From: Squalus acanthias
Taxonomy: Eukaryota
NCBI GenBank assembly: GCA_030390025.1
Contig: CM059432.1
Location: forward strand, 144,338,001 to 144,402,000
Reading direction: 5' to 3'
DNA length: 64,000 nucleotides
The first letter of the stretch is position 1; each line of letters opens with the position of its first letter. Of the stretch, positions 11,516 through 24,222 are shown one piece after another. A program made the position numbers and the translations under genes. The notes under the pieces are model-generated. The model had not been told where the DNA came from and did no database searches. It saw only the letters and a program-made list of their open reading frames with translations.

Positions 11516-12364
11516 ACTGTAAACCAGCTAATGTGCAGCCACATACTCTGTCAGAGTCCGGTGACTGTGAAGAATGCCATAATAACAAAAGGAGTTTGTG
11601 CGACGTGATTAGTTTGTCAGCGTTACAGAGCCAACAGCTGGAAGAAAATGGTAAATGGTTTTTCATTTTACTTTCATTCGTTATTTGTGCACATGTTGTT
11701 TAACCTTCGAGGTTGACATTGACAGATCTTCCTTTCTTGGAAGGAAACTTTTTTTTTTAGGAACAAAGGAACCTGCTTCTTTCTGCTCATCTTCCACTTA
11801 TGTGTAATGTGGTCCCTATATTTAAATAACACCACGGTTGGTTTCGCTCTCTCTCTCTCTCTCTCTCCTTCCTCTCCCCTGTAAAGTGCTGAGATTGGGG
11901 CTCGTGCTCAGTGCCGATCACCATATAACCTCCATGTGTCAGATTCCCCCGGCAGCCAAGGGAAAGTTAAATACCTGAAGCATCTGTTGTGCTGGTGGTT
12001 TGAAGGACTTTGTATCTGAGGTGTCCAGTTCCTTGGCAATCTAACTTGGACCTTCATCCAACACATCTGTTTCCCCAGTGATCCGACTTTGGCACGTTGC
12101 TTCGTTCTGAGCTTTGGGCCACAGGGGGCAGGCGGGGGGTGGGGGAATATCTGATTCTCTGAGATTCCCGTCCCAGGGAAGCAGTGCCAAAGCAGGGCTG
12201 TTTTTTTGCTGAAGGACCCATACAACAACACATAAGTCTCAGGTTCCAACAGTGGGATTTGGAACAAGATGGATGGGAGAAAAAGACAGCCTTGCATTCA
12301 GAGGATGCTGGCAGTGTGACTGACAGCTCAAAGAATGAGCTAACTGTTAGAAACCCATTTCACA

Positions 12365-12485
12365 ATGATTCACCTCTTTGGCAGAGAGCTTTGAACCCAG
12401 CCGGGCGAATAGATTGAAAGTTTTCTCTCTCTGCTCGCTTCAAGGGTCCACGAGCTCGACCAATCTGAACCCAGTCACTAGTACA
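12365..12485 (+). mobile_element. Second degenerate LF-SINE-like fragment
   Basis: ttcacctct...ttgaacccagcc...attgaaagttttctctctctgctcgcttcaagggtcc; similar to 1128-1226. Confidence 0.35.
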
Positions 12486-12494
12486 GCATGAATC

Positions 12495-13165
12495 CAACAG
12501 CTCACATTTATATCAGCGCCTTTAACGTAGTAAAACGTCCCAAGGCGCTTCACAGGAGCGTTTTCAAACAAAATTTGACACCGAGCCACATAAGGAGATA
12601 TTAGGGCAGACAAAGAGGTTAAGTTTTAAGGAGCATCTTAAGGGAGGAGAGAGAGAGATGGAGAGGTTTAGGGAGGGAATTTCAGAGCTTAGGGCCCAGG
12701 CAGCTGAAGGCATGGCCGTCAATGGTGGAGCGATGAAAATCGAGAATGCGCAAGAAGCCAGAATTGGAGGAGTGCAAGAGATCTCGGAGGGTTGTAGGGG
12801 CGGGAGGAGGTTACAGAGATAGGGAGGAGGGTTGTAGGGTGGGAGGAGGTTACAGAGATAAGGAGGAGGGTTGTAGGGCGGGAGGAGGTTACAGAGATAG
12901 AGAGGAGGGTTGTAGGGCGGGAGGAGGTTACAGAGATAGGGAGGAGGGTTGTAGGGCGGGAGGAGGTTACAGAGATAGGGAGGAGTGTTGTAGGGCGGGA
13001 GGAGGTGACAGAGATAGGGAGGAGGGTTGTAGGGCGGGAGGAGGTTACAGAGATAGGGAGGAGGGTTGTAGGGCGGGAGGAGGTTACAGAGATAGGGAGG
13101 AGGGTTGTAGGGCGGGAGGAGGTTACAGAGATAGGGAGGGGCGAGGCCATGGAGGGATTGTCGAT
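12495..13165 (-). mobile_element. L2-like LINE 3' end containing a 39 bp minisatellite
   Basis: Colinear with 48497-48895; ggagggttgtagggcgggaggaggttacagagataggga x9 at 12786-13140. Confidence 0.85.
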
Positions 13166-13789
13166 GAAAACCTCAGGTTACACAAGGGTGTGGCTTCATT
13201 CAGACATCAGACATTGGGCATTAACCTCGGCAGCTCAAGTACCATTTTGACAATTGTTTAGGTCCTGATTCTCCGGCGTCGGCTGAACCTGTCACCATTT
13301 TGGGAGCAAAATTTGCTCCTCTTAATTTTAGCGGGAAAAAAAAACCCGATGTGAATAAAACTGGTCAGCCTGAGAGGACTAAAGGGCTGATTTATTGATC
13401 AGTGACGTTCATGTACACGGACACCACACATTCGCCCAGCGTTCCTCACTGGGCTGTTGTTAGGCAACTAGGCACGACTAGATTAACCATAAGGACCCAA
13501 ACACCAGAGCAGGTGCCCCAGTCGTCTGTCTGGTTCTGGCCTGAGGACTCGGCCCTTCCAACGGAGCAATAAACATGATTGAAAAACAAGGATCAGGCAC
13601 CGAAATTCCGTGGGGCTGGACATCTTATCACAAGTGCCGGGACACACTGGGCGCTGACCCGCCGAAGTTAACAGGGTCAGGGAGAGGTCACCCGGATTGT
13701 ACGGGTTCAGCGGGCTGGGGACATTTAGCCCCCGCTCCCCCCGCAAACAACAGCCGGAGGTCAAGTGAGGAGTCCCAGGTCGAGGGGGA

Positions 13790-16700
13790 CAGGGGTACAG
13801 GCACAGGACGAGATAGAGGTACAGGTAGATTCGGTACACAGGTACAGGTAGAGTCAGACACACGGGTACAGGTAGAGTCAGACACACGGGTACAGGTAGA
13901 GTCAGACACACGGGTACAGGTAGAGTCAGACACACAGGTACAGGTAGAGTCAGACACATGGGTAAAGGTAGAGTCAGTGACACAGATACAGGAAGAGTCA
14001 GACACACGGGTACAGGTAGAGTCAGTGACACAGGTACAGGTAGAGTCAGACACACAAGTACAGGTAGAGTCAGTGACACAGGTACAGGTAGAGTCAGACA
14101 CACGGGTACAGGTAGAGTCAGACACAGGTACAGGTAGAGTCAGACACACGGGTACAGGTAGCGTCAGACACACGGGTACAGGTAGAGTCAGACACACGGG
14201 TACAGGTAGAGTCAGACACACAGGTAAAGGTAGAGTCAGACACACGGGTACAGCTAGAGTCAGACACACGGGTACAGGTAGAGTCAGACACACGGGTACA
14301 GGTAGAGTCAGACACACGGGTACAGGTAGAGTCAGACACACGGGTACAGGTAGAGTCAGACACACGGGTACAGGTAGAGTCAGACACACGGGTACAGGTA
14401 AAGTCAGACACACGGGTACAGGTAGAGTCAGACACATGGGTACAGGTAGAGTCAGACACATGGGTACAGGTAGAGTCAGACACACGGGTACAGGTAGAGT
14501 CAGACACACAGGTACAGGTAGAGTCAGACACACAGGTAGAGTCAGACACAGGTACAGGTAGAGTCAGACACACGGGTACAGGTAGAGTCAGACACGGGTA
14601 CAGGTAGAGTCAGCCACATGGGTACAGGTAGAGTCAGACTCACGGGTACAGGTAGAGTCAGACACACAGGTACAGGTAGAGTCAGTGACACAGGTACAGG
14701 TAGAGTCATACACACGGGTACAGGTAGAGTCAGACACACGGGTACAGGTAGAGTCAGACACACAGGTACAGGTAGAGTCAGTGACACAGGTACAGGTAGA
14801 GTCAGTGACACAGGTACAGGTAGAGTCAGACACACGGGTACAGGTAGAGTCAGACACATGGGTACAGGTAGAGTCAGACACACAGGTACAGGTAGAGTCA
14901 GACACACAGGTACAGGTAGAGTCAGACACACAGATACAGGTAGAGTCAGACACACAGATACAGGTAGAGTCAGACACACAGATACAGGTAGAGTCAGACA
15001 CACAGGTACAGGTAGAGTCAGACACACAGGTACAGGTAGAGTCAGACACACAGATACAGGTAGAGTCAGACACACAGGTACAGGTAGAGTCAGACACACA
15101 GATACAGGTAGAGTCAGACACACAGGTACAGGTAGAGTCAGACACATGGGTACAGGTAGAGTCAGACTCAGGGGTACAGGTAGAGTCAGACACACCGGTA
15201 CAGGTAGAGTCAGACACACGGGTACAGGTAAAGTCAGACACACGGGTACAGGTAGAGTCAGACACATGGGTACAGGTAGAGTCAGACACATGGGTACAGG
15301 TAGAGTCAGACACACGGGTACAGGTAGAGTCAGACACACGGGTACAGGTAGAGTCAGACACACAGGTACAGGTAGAGTCAGACACACAGGTAGAGTCAGA
15401 CACAGGTACAGGTAGAGTCAGACACACGGGTACAGGTAGAGTCAGACACGGGTACAGGTAGAGTCAGCCACATGGGTACAGGTAGAGTCAGACACACAGG
15501 TACAGGTAGAGTCAGACACACAGGTACAGGTAGAGTCAGACACAGGTACAGGTAGAGTCAGACACACGGGTACAGGTAGAGTCAGACACGGGTACAGGTA
15601 GAGTCAGCCACATGGGTACAGGTAGAGTCAGACACACAGGTACAGGTAGAGTCAGACACACAGGTACAGGTAGAGTCAGACACACGGGCACAGGTAGAGT
15701 CAGACACACAGGTACAGGTAGAGTCAGTGACACAGGTACAGGTAGAGTCAGACACACGGGTACAGGTAGAGTCAGACACACGGGTACAGGTAGAGTCAGA
15801 CACACAGGTACAGGTAGAGTCAGTGACACAGGTACAGGTAGAGTCAGACACACAGGTACAGGTAGAGTCAGACACACAGATACAGGTAGAGTCAGACACA
15901 CAGATACAGGTAGAGTCAGACACACAGGTACAGGTAGAGTCAGACACACAGGTACAGGTAGAGTCAGACACACAGATACAGGTAGAGTCAGACACACAGA
16001 TACAGGTAGAGTCAGACACACAGATACAGGTAGAGTCAGTGACACAGGTACAGGTAGAGTCAGACACATGGGTACAGCTAGAGTCAGACTCAGGGGTACA
16101 GGTAGAGTCAGACACACCGGTACAGGTAGAGTCAGACACGGGTACAGGTAGAGTCAGCCACACGGGTACAGGTAGAGTCAGACACACAGGTACAGGTAGA
16201 GTCAGCCACACGGGTACAGGTAGAGTCAGCCACACGGGTACAGGTAGAGTCAGACACATGGGTACAGGTAGAGTCAGACACACGGGTACAGGTAGAGTCA
16301 GACACATGGGTACAGGTAGAGTCAGTGACACACGGGTACAGGTAGAGTCAGACACACAGGTACAGGTAGAGTCAGACACACGGGTACAGGTAGAGTCAGA
16401 CACACAGGTACAGGTAGAGTCAGACACACAGGTACAGGTAGAGTCAGACACACGGGTACAGGTAGAGTCAGACACACGGGTACAGGTAGAGTCAGACACA
16501 TGGGTACAGGTAGAGTCAGTGACACACGGGTACAGGTAGAGTCAGACACACTGGTACAGGTAGAGTCAGACACACGGGTACAGGTAGAATCAGACACACG
16601 GGTACAGCTAGAGTCAGACACACGGGTACAGCTAGAGTCAGACACACGGGTACAGGTAGAGTCAGACACACAGGTACAGGTAGAGTCAGACACACGGGTA

Positions 16701-16895
16701 CAGGTAAAGTCAGACACACGGGTACAGGTAGAGTCAGACACATGGGTACAGGTAGAGTCAGACACACGGGTACAGGTAGAGTCAGACACACAGGTACAGG
16801 TAGAGTCAGACACACAGGTACAGGTAGAGTCAGACACATGGGTACAGGTAGAGTCAGACACACAGGTAGAGTCAGACACATGGGTACAGGTAGAG
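13790..16895. repeat. 24 bp minisatellite, ~3.1 kb (~130 units)
   Basis: gacacacgggtacaggtagagtca with 22 and 18 bp variants. Confidence 0.98.
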
Positions 16896-17280
16896 GCAGG
16901 ACATATGATTGGCTCCGGGGAAGAGGAGAAAAATGTAAACAAAATGTTGATTTTGCCCGTTAGAAAATCGCGAGTCTTCTCCTGAACTTTAATAGCTTCC
17001 TGCTACTGAGAGTGACACCAGGTAGCTCTGGCGTTCTGATCACGCTCTCGTGTGTGATGTATTTTTATAGCTGTTCCTGCAATGAGCTTGGTGAAACAAT
17101 ATTAGTTTTCAGATTGTGAAAATATTATTTTAAAACTAATTCAAATTTGCCCATGAAATCTGATTGACACAGATTGTGACAACAACTTAATTCCTACAAT
17201 TTCTAGCCCTCACATTTTAGAGCGAATTCAAATGCTTGGTTATGACTCCAGTCTTTAAGGAGAGGGACTTTTGAATTGAA

Positions 17281-17682
17281 TAAAGACTTGTATTTATATT
17301 GCACCTTTCATGACCTCATGACGTTCCAAAGCGATTTACAGCTAATGAAGCATTTTTGAAGTGTAGTCACTGTCGGAAACGTGGCAGCCAATTTGCGAAC
17401 AGCAAGATCCCACAAACAGCAATGTGGTAACGACCAGATAATCTGTTTTAGTGATGTTGGTTGAGGAATAAATATTGGCCAGGACACCGGGGAGAAATCC
17501 CCTGCACTTCTTCCAATAGTGGCCGTGGAATGTTTTACATCCACCCGAGAGAGCAGACGGGGCCTCGGTTTAACGTCTCATCCGAAAGACGGCACCTCCG
17601 ACAGCGCAGTGCTGACTCAGTACTGCACTGGGAGTGTCAGCCTGGATGATGTGCTCAAGTCTCGGGAGTGGGGTTTGAACCG
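17281..17682 (-). mobile_element. Deu-domain SINE
   Basis: Reverse complement of the 24938-25406 copy. Confidence 0.85.
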
Positions 17683-17809
17683 CACATAGTCTTCCTGACA
17701 TCAGTGTTGAACTTGCCCTTTACTAGTTTGTAGTAAGTTACCTTGACATGCAGTCGGGGTTTAACTGGAGATAGTGACGCGGGAATCTACCTTTTCTATT
17801 TAGGATAAT

Positions 17810-18830
17810 TGGTAAAAAAAAAAGCCAGAGGGGAGAGGAGGAGAAATATTTTCAGCAGCGAGTTGTTGTGATCTGGAACGCGCTGCCTGAAAGGGGGGTG
17901 GAAGCAGATTCAACAGTAACTTTCAAAAAGATAAATAGTTGAAAAGGAAAAATTTGCAGGGCTATGGGGAGACAGCGGGTGGGGGGCGGGGGGGCGGTGG
18001 GGGCACTAATTGGAAAGCTCTATCAAAGAGCCAGCACAGGCACGATGGGCCGAATGGCCTCCTTCTGTGCGATAAGATTCTGTGACCTTGAGAAGGTCGC
18101 TCTGAAATGCCTCAAGTCACTCGTTACGGGCCAAGGACTGTCCCTGATCTGAATGGTCTTGTACCTCAGGTCCATCGTTGCATTGCTCACTGAGCCCTGG
18201 GCGAGGTGCGCACTCACACAGTTTAGAAGAATGAGAGGGGATCTCATTGAAACGTATAAAATTCTGACAGGGCTTGACAGACTGGATGCAGGGAGGATGT
18301 TTCCCCTGGTTGGGGGGGGGTCTAGAACAAGGGGTCACATGAGGAGAAATGTCTTCACTCAGAGGGTGGTGAACCTGTGGAATTCTCTACCACAGAAGGC
18401 TGTGCAGGCCAAGTCACTGAATATATTTAAGAAGGAGATAGATAGTGACGTAAGAAAACTACTAGGCACTTGGTCTGAGATTTAAACAAAGCTTTAATCA
18501 ACTGTTTTTCAACATGGAGATCTAGTTGTGTCCTTCACGAGTTCCTGTTAAAGAATGTCCTGAGCAAGCTGGGCCCATGCCTGAGTATTTATACTCTCCC
18601 TGGACAGCGCCACCAGCAGGCCGCCCAGTATTACTTCATAAGTCATTTCCACATGAATGACAAGATTCATGTCAGATAGATTTCTAGACACAAAAGGCGT
18701 CAAGGGGTATGGGGAGAGAGCGGGAATATGGTCTTGAGATGGAGGATCAGCCATGATCATATTGAATGGTGGAGCAGGCTCGAAGGGCCGAATGGCCTCC
18801 TCCTGCTCCTATTTCTCTATGTTTCTATCC
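17810..18830 (+). mobile_element. CR1 LINE 3' fragments (two), the second interrupted by a solo LTR
   Basis: [15 protein letters not shown]...FTQRVVNLWNSLP; tail gggccgaatggcctcctcctgctcct. Confidence 0.85.
18446..18674 (-). mobile_element. Solo LTR (229 bp)
   Basis: TGAC...GTCA termini; 5 bp TSD GATAG (18441-45, 18675-79); the host CR1 resumes exactly; TATAAATA and ATTAAA on the minus strand. Confidence 0.85.
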
Positions 18831-19489
18831 ATTTTAATTAAACATCACGTGAGTCCTACCAGAGGAAAAAGGCTTGCAACCCAAAATTGGACACTGAATT
18901 ACTGAGGTAAACCTTCCACTGAGTGACCTGGAAATGGTCTGAATACTTTCAACACAGATGGAATTGAGGGCTGTGCGTCATTTACTTTGGCAGATTCAAC
19001 CTAGCAGAAGGAAACTTATCCCAGACACACAGTTCCCTGAAGGTTTTACAAATTAACTCATTTTCCACACACAGCATGTTTTAGATCTGTCGCAAGGAAC
19101 AAAGCTCTAGTTTTTAAATTGTGCTCAAATACTGAAAGCCAGAATATGTGTTAATTATAGAATATATGAGCAATGAGTCCAGTCATTTTGTAAATTTCTC
19201 TTCTTAAAACCTACGAGCTGTTTTTCACCTCAAGGATCCACAATCCAGCAAATCTTAGTGGTGATTGTTGTCCTGCCCAGTGGAGGGGTGTTAATGCTGG
19301 GGAATAAAGTACTTACCCATGTTAGGCATCCATGTAAACGTCACGCACTCCCAGGTAAGGCAAGTGATGACACACGGTAGAGGAAAGCTGCCTCTACTCT
19401 ATCCCTTTAAACCCAACCTCAAGGTAACTCCCTCTCCTGTTTTATTCGGGATATTCCGATGGTGACGGGTTGGAGATCACTCTTGCTTT

Positions 19490-20500
19490 TGAACGTCCTC
19501 CAGCCCTACAACCCCAAGCTCTCTGTTCCTCTGACTCTGGCCTCTTGTGCATCTCCCCCTCTCCCCTTTCATCCCACCACTGATGGTCGTGCCTTCAGCT
19601 GCCTAAAACCTCACGCTCTGCAAATCGCTCCCTAAACCTCTCAATGTACAAATAATAATTTAAAAGTCTAATGGGATGTTGGCCTTTATCCCAAGGGGGC
19701 TGGAATACCAAGGGGTGAAAGATTTGATACAGCTGTACAGAGCTCTGGTTAGACCCCATCTGAAGTTCTGTGTTCAATTCTGGGCACCACACCTCAGGAA
19801 GGATGTATTGGCCTTGGAGGGGATGCATCGCAGATTCACCAGAATGATACCAGGGCTAAAAGGGTAAAATTATGAGGACAGGTTGCATATAGACTAGACT
19901 TGTATTCCCTTGATATAGAAGATTAAGGGGTGATCTAATTGAGGTGTTTAAGATGTTTAAAGAAGTTGATAGGCTAAAGAGAGAGAAACTATTTCCTCTG
20001 GTGGGGGGAGTCCAGAACAAGGGGGCATAAACTTAAAATTAGAGCCAGGCCGTTCAGGGGTGATGTCAGGAAGCACTTCTTCACACAAAAGGTAGTGGAA
20101 ATCTGGAACTCTCTCTCCCAAAAAGCTGAGGCTGGGGGTCAATTGAAAATGTCAAAACTGAGATGGATAGATTTTTGTTGGCCAAGGGTATGAAGGGTTA
20201 CGGCACCAAGCCGGGTAAATGGAGTTAAGCTGCAGATCAGCCATGATCTAATTGAATGGCGGAACAGGCTCGAGGCGCTGAATGGCCTCCTTCTGTTCCT
20301 ATGTTCCTATCTCTCCACCTCCCACTGCTCATTTAAGACGCTGCTTAAAACCTAGCACATTGTCCAAGCTTTTGGTCACCTGCCCCAATATCTCATGTGG
20401 CTCGGTGTCCAATTTTGTTTGATAATTGCTCCTGTCCTGTGAAGCGCCTTAAGATGTTTTACCACGTTAAAGGTGCTATGTAAATGCAAGTTGTTGTTGT
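19490..20500 (+). mobile_element. L2-like 3' end with a CR1 fragment (19660-20310) nested inside
   Basis: L2 tail (...atgcaagttgttgttg) split by CR1 LYRALVRPHLKFCVQFWAP... Confidence 0.8.
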
Positions 20501-21174
20501 TTTTTCCATCACCGATCTGACGCTTGTTAGCCCAGATTATTTCAAACATTAGCTCATGTTTGGTTCACTGAGAGCATGGCGTTGGCGGGGGAACAAAACG
20601 TATCTGGGATTGCAGCAGAAACCCCAATAAGTACATTAATCAGCAACTCCAAGGAATGGCACTGCAGCGCAAGACCCTCGGGGTGGCAAACCAGCACAAC
20701 CGCCAATGCTCCAGAAATCTGCAGTCCCACTCCCAGCACCAACCCCCTCTCAACACACTGCAGGATGGGGCACAGAGCTCACAACTGCACCAGTCCAGCA
20801 TTCAAACTCCCCACATCAGCATTCCCGAGGCCTCTCCAGAGTCCATTGCCAATCTAGTGCCAAATTGGGGCAGCTTTGGCCTACAGATTCGTGCCTTCCC
20901 AAACTCAGTCACCTCCAGCAGAGAGCGAAAGCTGTCATCTCAACAATCTACGCTGAGGCCTGGGCCACGATGGCAAAGTGCTCTCCTCAGAGCAACTTTC
21001 CAAACTCTACAATAAAAGGCCATTCAGTCGCTGGCAGCTGGAGCCAAGATACTTCCAGCTTCCTCATTGTCACAACCGGTGTGTTGCTGATAAAATAAAT
21101 TACTTTTAGTCCCATGACGGAATAATCCACACAGCGAACAGACGCACTGATGTAGCACTTGCTGTTAGCAAACA

Positions 21175-21927
21175 TACATAAGAACATAAGACGTAGGAGC
21201 AGGAGTAGGTCATTTGGCCCCTCGAGCCTGCTCCGCCATTCAATAAGATCATGGCTGATCTGATCTTGGCCTCAACTCCACTTCCCTGCCCGCTCCCCAT
21301 AACCCTTCACTCCCTTACCTTTCAAAAATCTGTCTATCTCCACCTTAAATATATTCAATGACCCAGCCTCCACAGCTCTCTGGGGAAGAGAATTCCAAAG
21401 ATTCACGACCCTCTGAGAGAAGAAATTCCTCCTCATTTCCGATTTAAATGGGCGACCCCTTATTCTGAAATTATGCCCTCTAGTTCTAGATTCCCCCACA
21501 AGGGGAAACATCCTCTCTGCATCTCCCCTGTCAAGTCCCATCAGAATCTTATATGTTTCAAATAAGATCCCCTCTCATTCTTCTAAACTCCAATGAGTAT
21601 AGGCCCAACCTGCTCAACCTTTCCTCATAAGACAACCCCTTCATCTCCGGAATCAACCTCGTGAATCGTCTCTGAACTGCCTCCAATACAAGTATATCCT
21701 TCCTTAAATAAAGAGACCATAACTGTACGCAGTACTCCAGGTGTGGTCTCGTCCAACGCCCTGTACAGTTGTAACAGGACTTCCCTACTTTTATACTCCA
21801 TTCCCTTTGCAATAAAGGCCAACACTCCATTTGCCTTCCTAATTACTTGCTGTACCTGCATGCTAACTTTTTGTGATTCATGTACAAGGACCCCCAGATC
21901 CCTCTGTACCTCAGCATTTTGTAACAT
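21175..21927 (-). mobile_element. CR1 LINE 3' portion
   Basis: RDLGVLVHESQK...[12 protein letters not shown]...RRNFFSQRVVNLWNSLP. Confidence 0.9.
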
Positions 21928-21969
21928 GCTCTCAAGTGGAATGTCTAATTGTTATATTGGAATGCTGAA

Positions 21970-22445
21970 ATAAAGAATTTGCATTTATACAGCACCTTTC
22001 ATGACCTCAGAACATCTGAAAGTGCTTTACAGCCAATGAAGTACTTTTGAAGTGTAGTCACTGTTGTAATGTAGGAAACGATGCTGCCAACCTGCGCACA
22101 GCAAGCTCCCACAAACAGCAATGTGATAATGACCAGATAATCTGTGTTTAGTGATATTGATTGAGGGATAAATATTGGCCAGGACACTGGGGAGAACTCC
22201 CCTGCACTTCGAAATAGTGCTGTGGGATCATTCATGCCCACCTGAGAGGGCAAACGGGGCCTCGGTTTAACGTTTCATCTGAAAGACGGCACCTATGACA
22301 GTGCAGCACTCCCTCTGCACTGGGTGTGTCAGCCTGGATTATGGGCTCAAGTCTCTGGAGTGGAACTTGAACTGAAGTCTCTGGAGTGGAACTTGGAACC
22401 CACAACCTGCTGACTCAGAGATGAGAGTGCTACCCACTGAGTTTT
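21970..22445 (-). mobile_element. Deu-domain SINE, near full length
   Basis: Head ctcagtgggtagcactctc...; short internal duplication at ~22350-22400. Confidence 0.85.
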
Positions 22446-22649
22446 CCTGACGTCGGTGTTGAACTTGCCCTTTACTAGTTTATAGTAAGTTCCCTTGATG
22501 TGCAGTCGTGGTTTAACTGGAGATAGTGACGTGGAATTAACCTTTTCTATTTAGCATAATTGGCAAAAAAGCCAGAGGAGGAGAAATATTTTTATGATCT
22601 GGAATGCTCTGCCTGAAAGGACGGTGGAAGCAGATTCAATTCAGATACT

Positions 22650-22760
22650 GATACTGGGAGCGTCAGCCTGGATTTTGTGCTCAAGTCTCTGGAGTGGGAT
22701 TCGAACCCACAACCTTCTGACTCAGAGGCGAGAGCGCTACCCACTGAGCCACGGCTGACA
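22650..22760 (-). mobile_element. Deu-SINE tRNA-like head fragment
   Basis: gccgtggctcagtgggtagcgctctcgcctctgagtcagaaggttgtgggttcgaatccc (A and B boxes). Confidence 0.8.
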
Positions 22761-22820
22761 TCTGAAAGACTAGAAGGTACGAGGGAGCTTGTAGACATCA
22801 GTAATATTCCTGTAACTCAC

Positions 22821-23147
22821 CTGCTTCTGTTGTAACTTTCAGCAAGTAGCCATCTAGCTCAATGGAGAAGTGTTGGTTCTCGTAGGGCAGAGATATCTTC
22901 ATCCCATCTTTCTTTACTGTCAGGTGCTGCAGGAGGCTGATGCTGGTCCTGCTCAGCATCACCTCGATGGCCTTAGTCCATGAGTAGGCGTATGTCCTGC
23001 GGGCATCATTCTGTACCAGCACCTGGAAACTAGCCGCACTGGAGCAGTCCTTTGTTAACACATACTGGCACGTCCCTTGAAAGTTAAAGGCCCTTCCATC
23101 AAATGTGTTGTAATGCGGGTCGCCAAACACAGTGCAAACACCAGGCT
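22821..23147 (-). CDS. BMPER: BMPER-family coding exon (equiv. exon 12), VWD with GDPH autocleavage site
   Basis: tcacag|AG...GCAG|gtgagt; 327 nt; (K)[34 protein letters not shown]...[12 protein letters not shown] codons at 23113-23124. Confidence 0.96.
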
Positions 23148-23229
23148 CTGTGAATGTAAAAACTCAGGGTCAGCAAATCTGTGACACGCATTGAGGCTCA
23201 CAGACTGGCAGATGGGGACCACATCCCAT

Positions 23230-23470
23230 TGGAGGAGGAGGAGGAGAAGGGAGAGGAGGAGGAGGGAGAGGAGGAAGGAGAGGAGGGAGAGGAGGAAGGA
23301 GAACGAAGGAGGGAGGAGGAGGAAGGAGGAGGGAAGAGGAGGGAAGAGGAGGAGGAAAGAGGAGGAAAAAGGAGACGAGAGTAGGAGAGGAGGAGGGAGA
23401 GGGAGGAGGAGGGAGAGGCAGAGGAGGATGGAGGGGGAGGGTAAGGGAGGGGGATGGACAAAGAGGGGGG
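23230..23470. repeat. GGA-rich polypurine tract
   Basis: (gga/gag)n low complexity. Confidence 0.9.
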
Positions 23471-24176
23471 GCTGGATCCAGAAAAAGAGGGACCCTGCCC
23501 TAGACCCAGACCCTGCCCCAGACCTGGTCTGTGCTGAGGAGTTGCGATTCAATCAATACGTAGCAGAAACTGAAAATATTAAATTGCCTGCCATTGGTCA
23601 CGTCAGGCGAAGACTATCTTCCATCCTTTGCCACTCAAGCACACCTCCTAAAGCAGGAAACAGCCAGTGGCCAAGGCAACAGATGGGAACCATGGCAACA
23701 GCCCTCTACTTTTATCATTTTGTCTGGAATTTATTAGTAGAATTTGGATTAACGGAAAATTGATTGATGCAAAGAATTCGAATTCATGCCCAATTTCCAT
23801 TTACCGCCATGCTGTAAAGCTCCTGATACTAATCCAGATATAAACGCTTTGCCAAACTGGCATCGTATTATCGGAGTCCAGTTATAATTTATTTCCTAGT
23901 TACTACTTAAAAATAGTCATTCTGCTGTAAATCTATACAAAGCCGGCAGAGTTACAAACCTGGTGAAAATGTGAAGCCACTATTCCTTGCATTCGTCCCT
24001 CTGTGTCCCCCTCCCCTCCCCTCCCCAACCTGGTACATGCAGTGTGACCGGGCCGGTTGGTGGGGGGGGGGGGCGCGGGGGTGAGTGAGACTCACTCTCT
24101 GCTTGTTGAGTGGAACAGATTATTTCAAGTACAAATGTTAGTTGAAAAGATAATAGACTGGGAAAAACTTACTCAC

Positions 24177-24222
24177 TTTCAGTGCAGATTGGACAGCATC
24201 CATTTCTGTTAATGATTTTACC
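24177..24222 (-). CDS. BMPER: BMPER-family coding exon (equiv. exon 11), VWC5 end
   Basis: cgacag|GGT...GAAA|gtgagt; 46 nt; GKIINRNGCCPICTE. Confidence 0.92.

Noticed and set aside
13483..16985. Repetitive ORFs (CLTLPVPV, TGTGRVRH)
   Set aside because: Artefact of the 24 bp repeat
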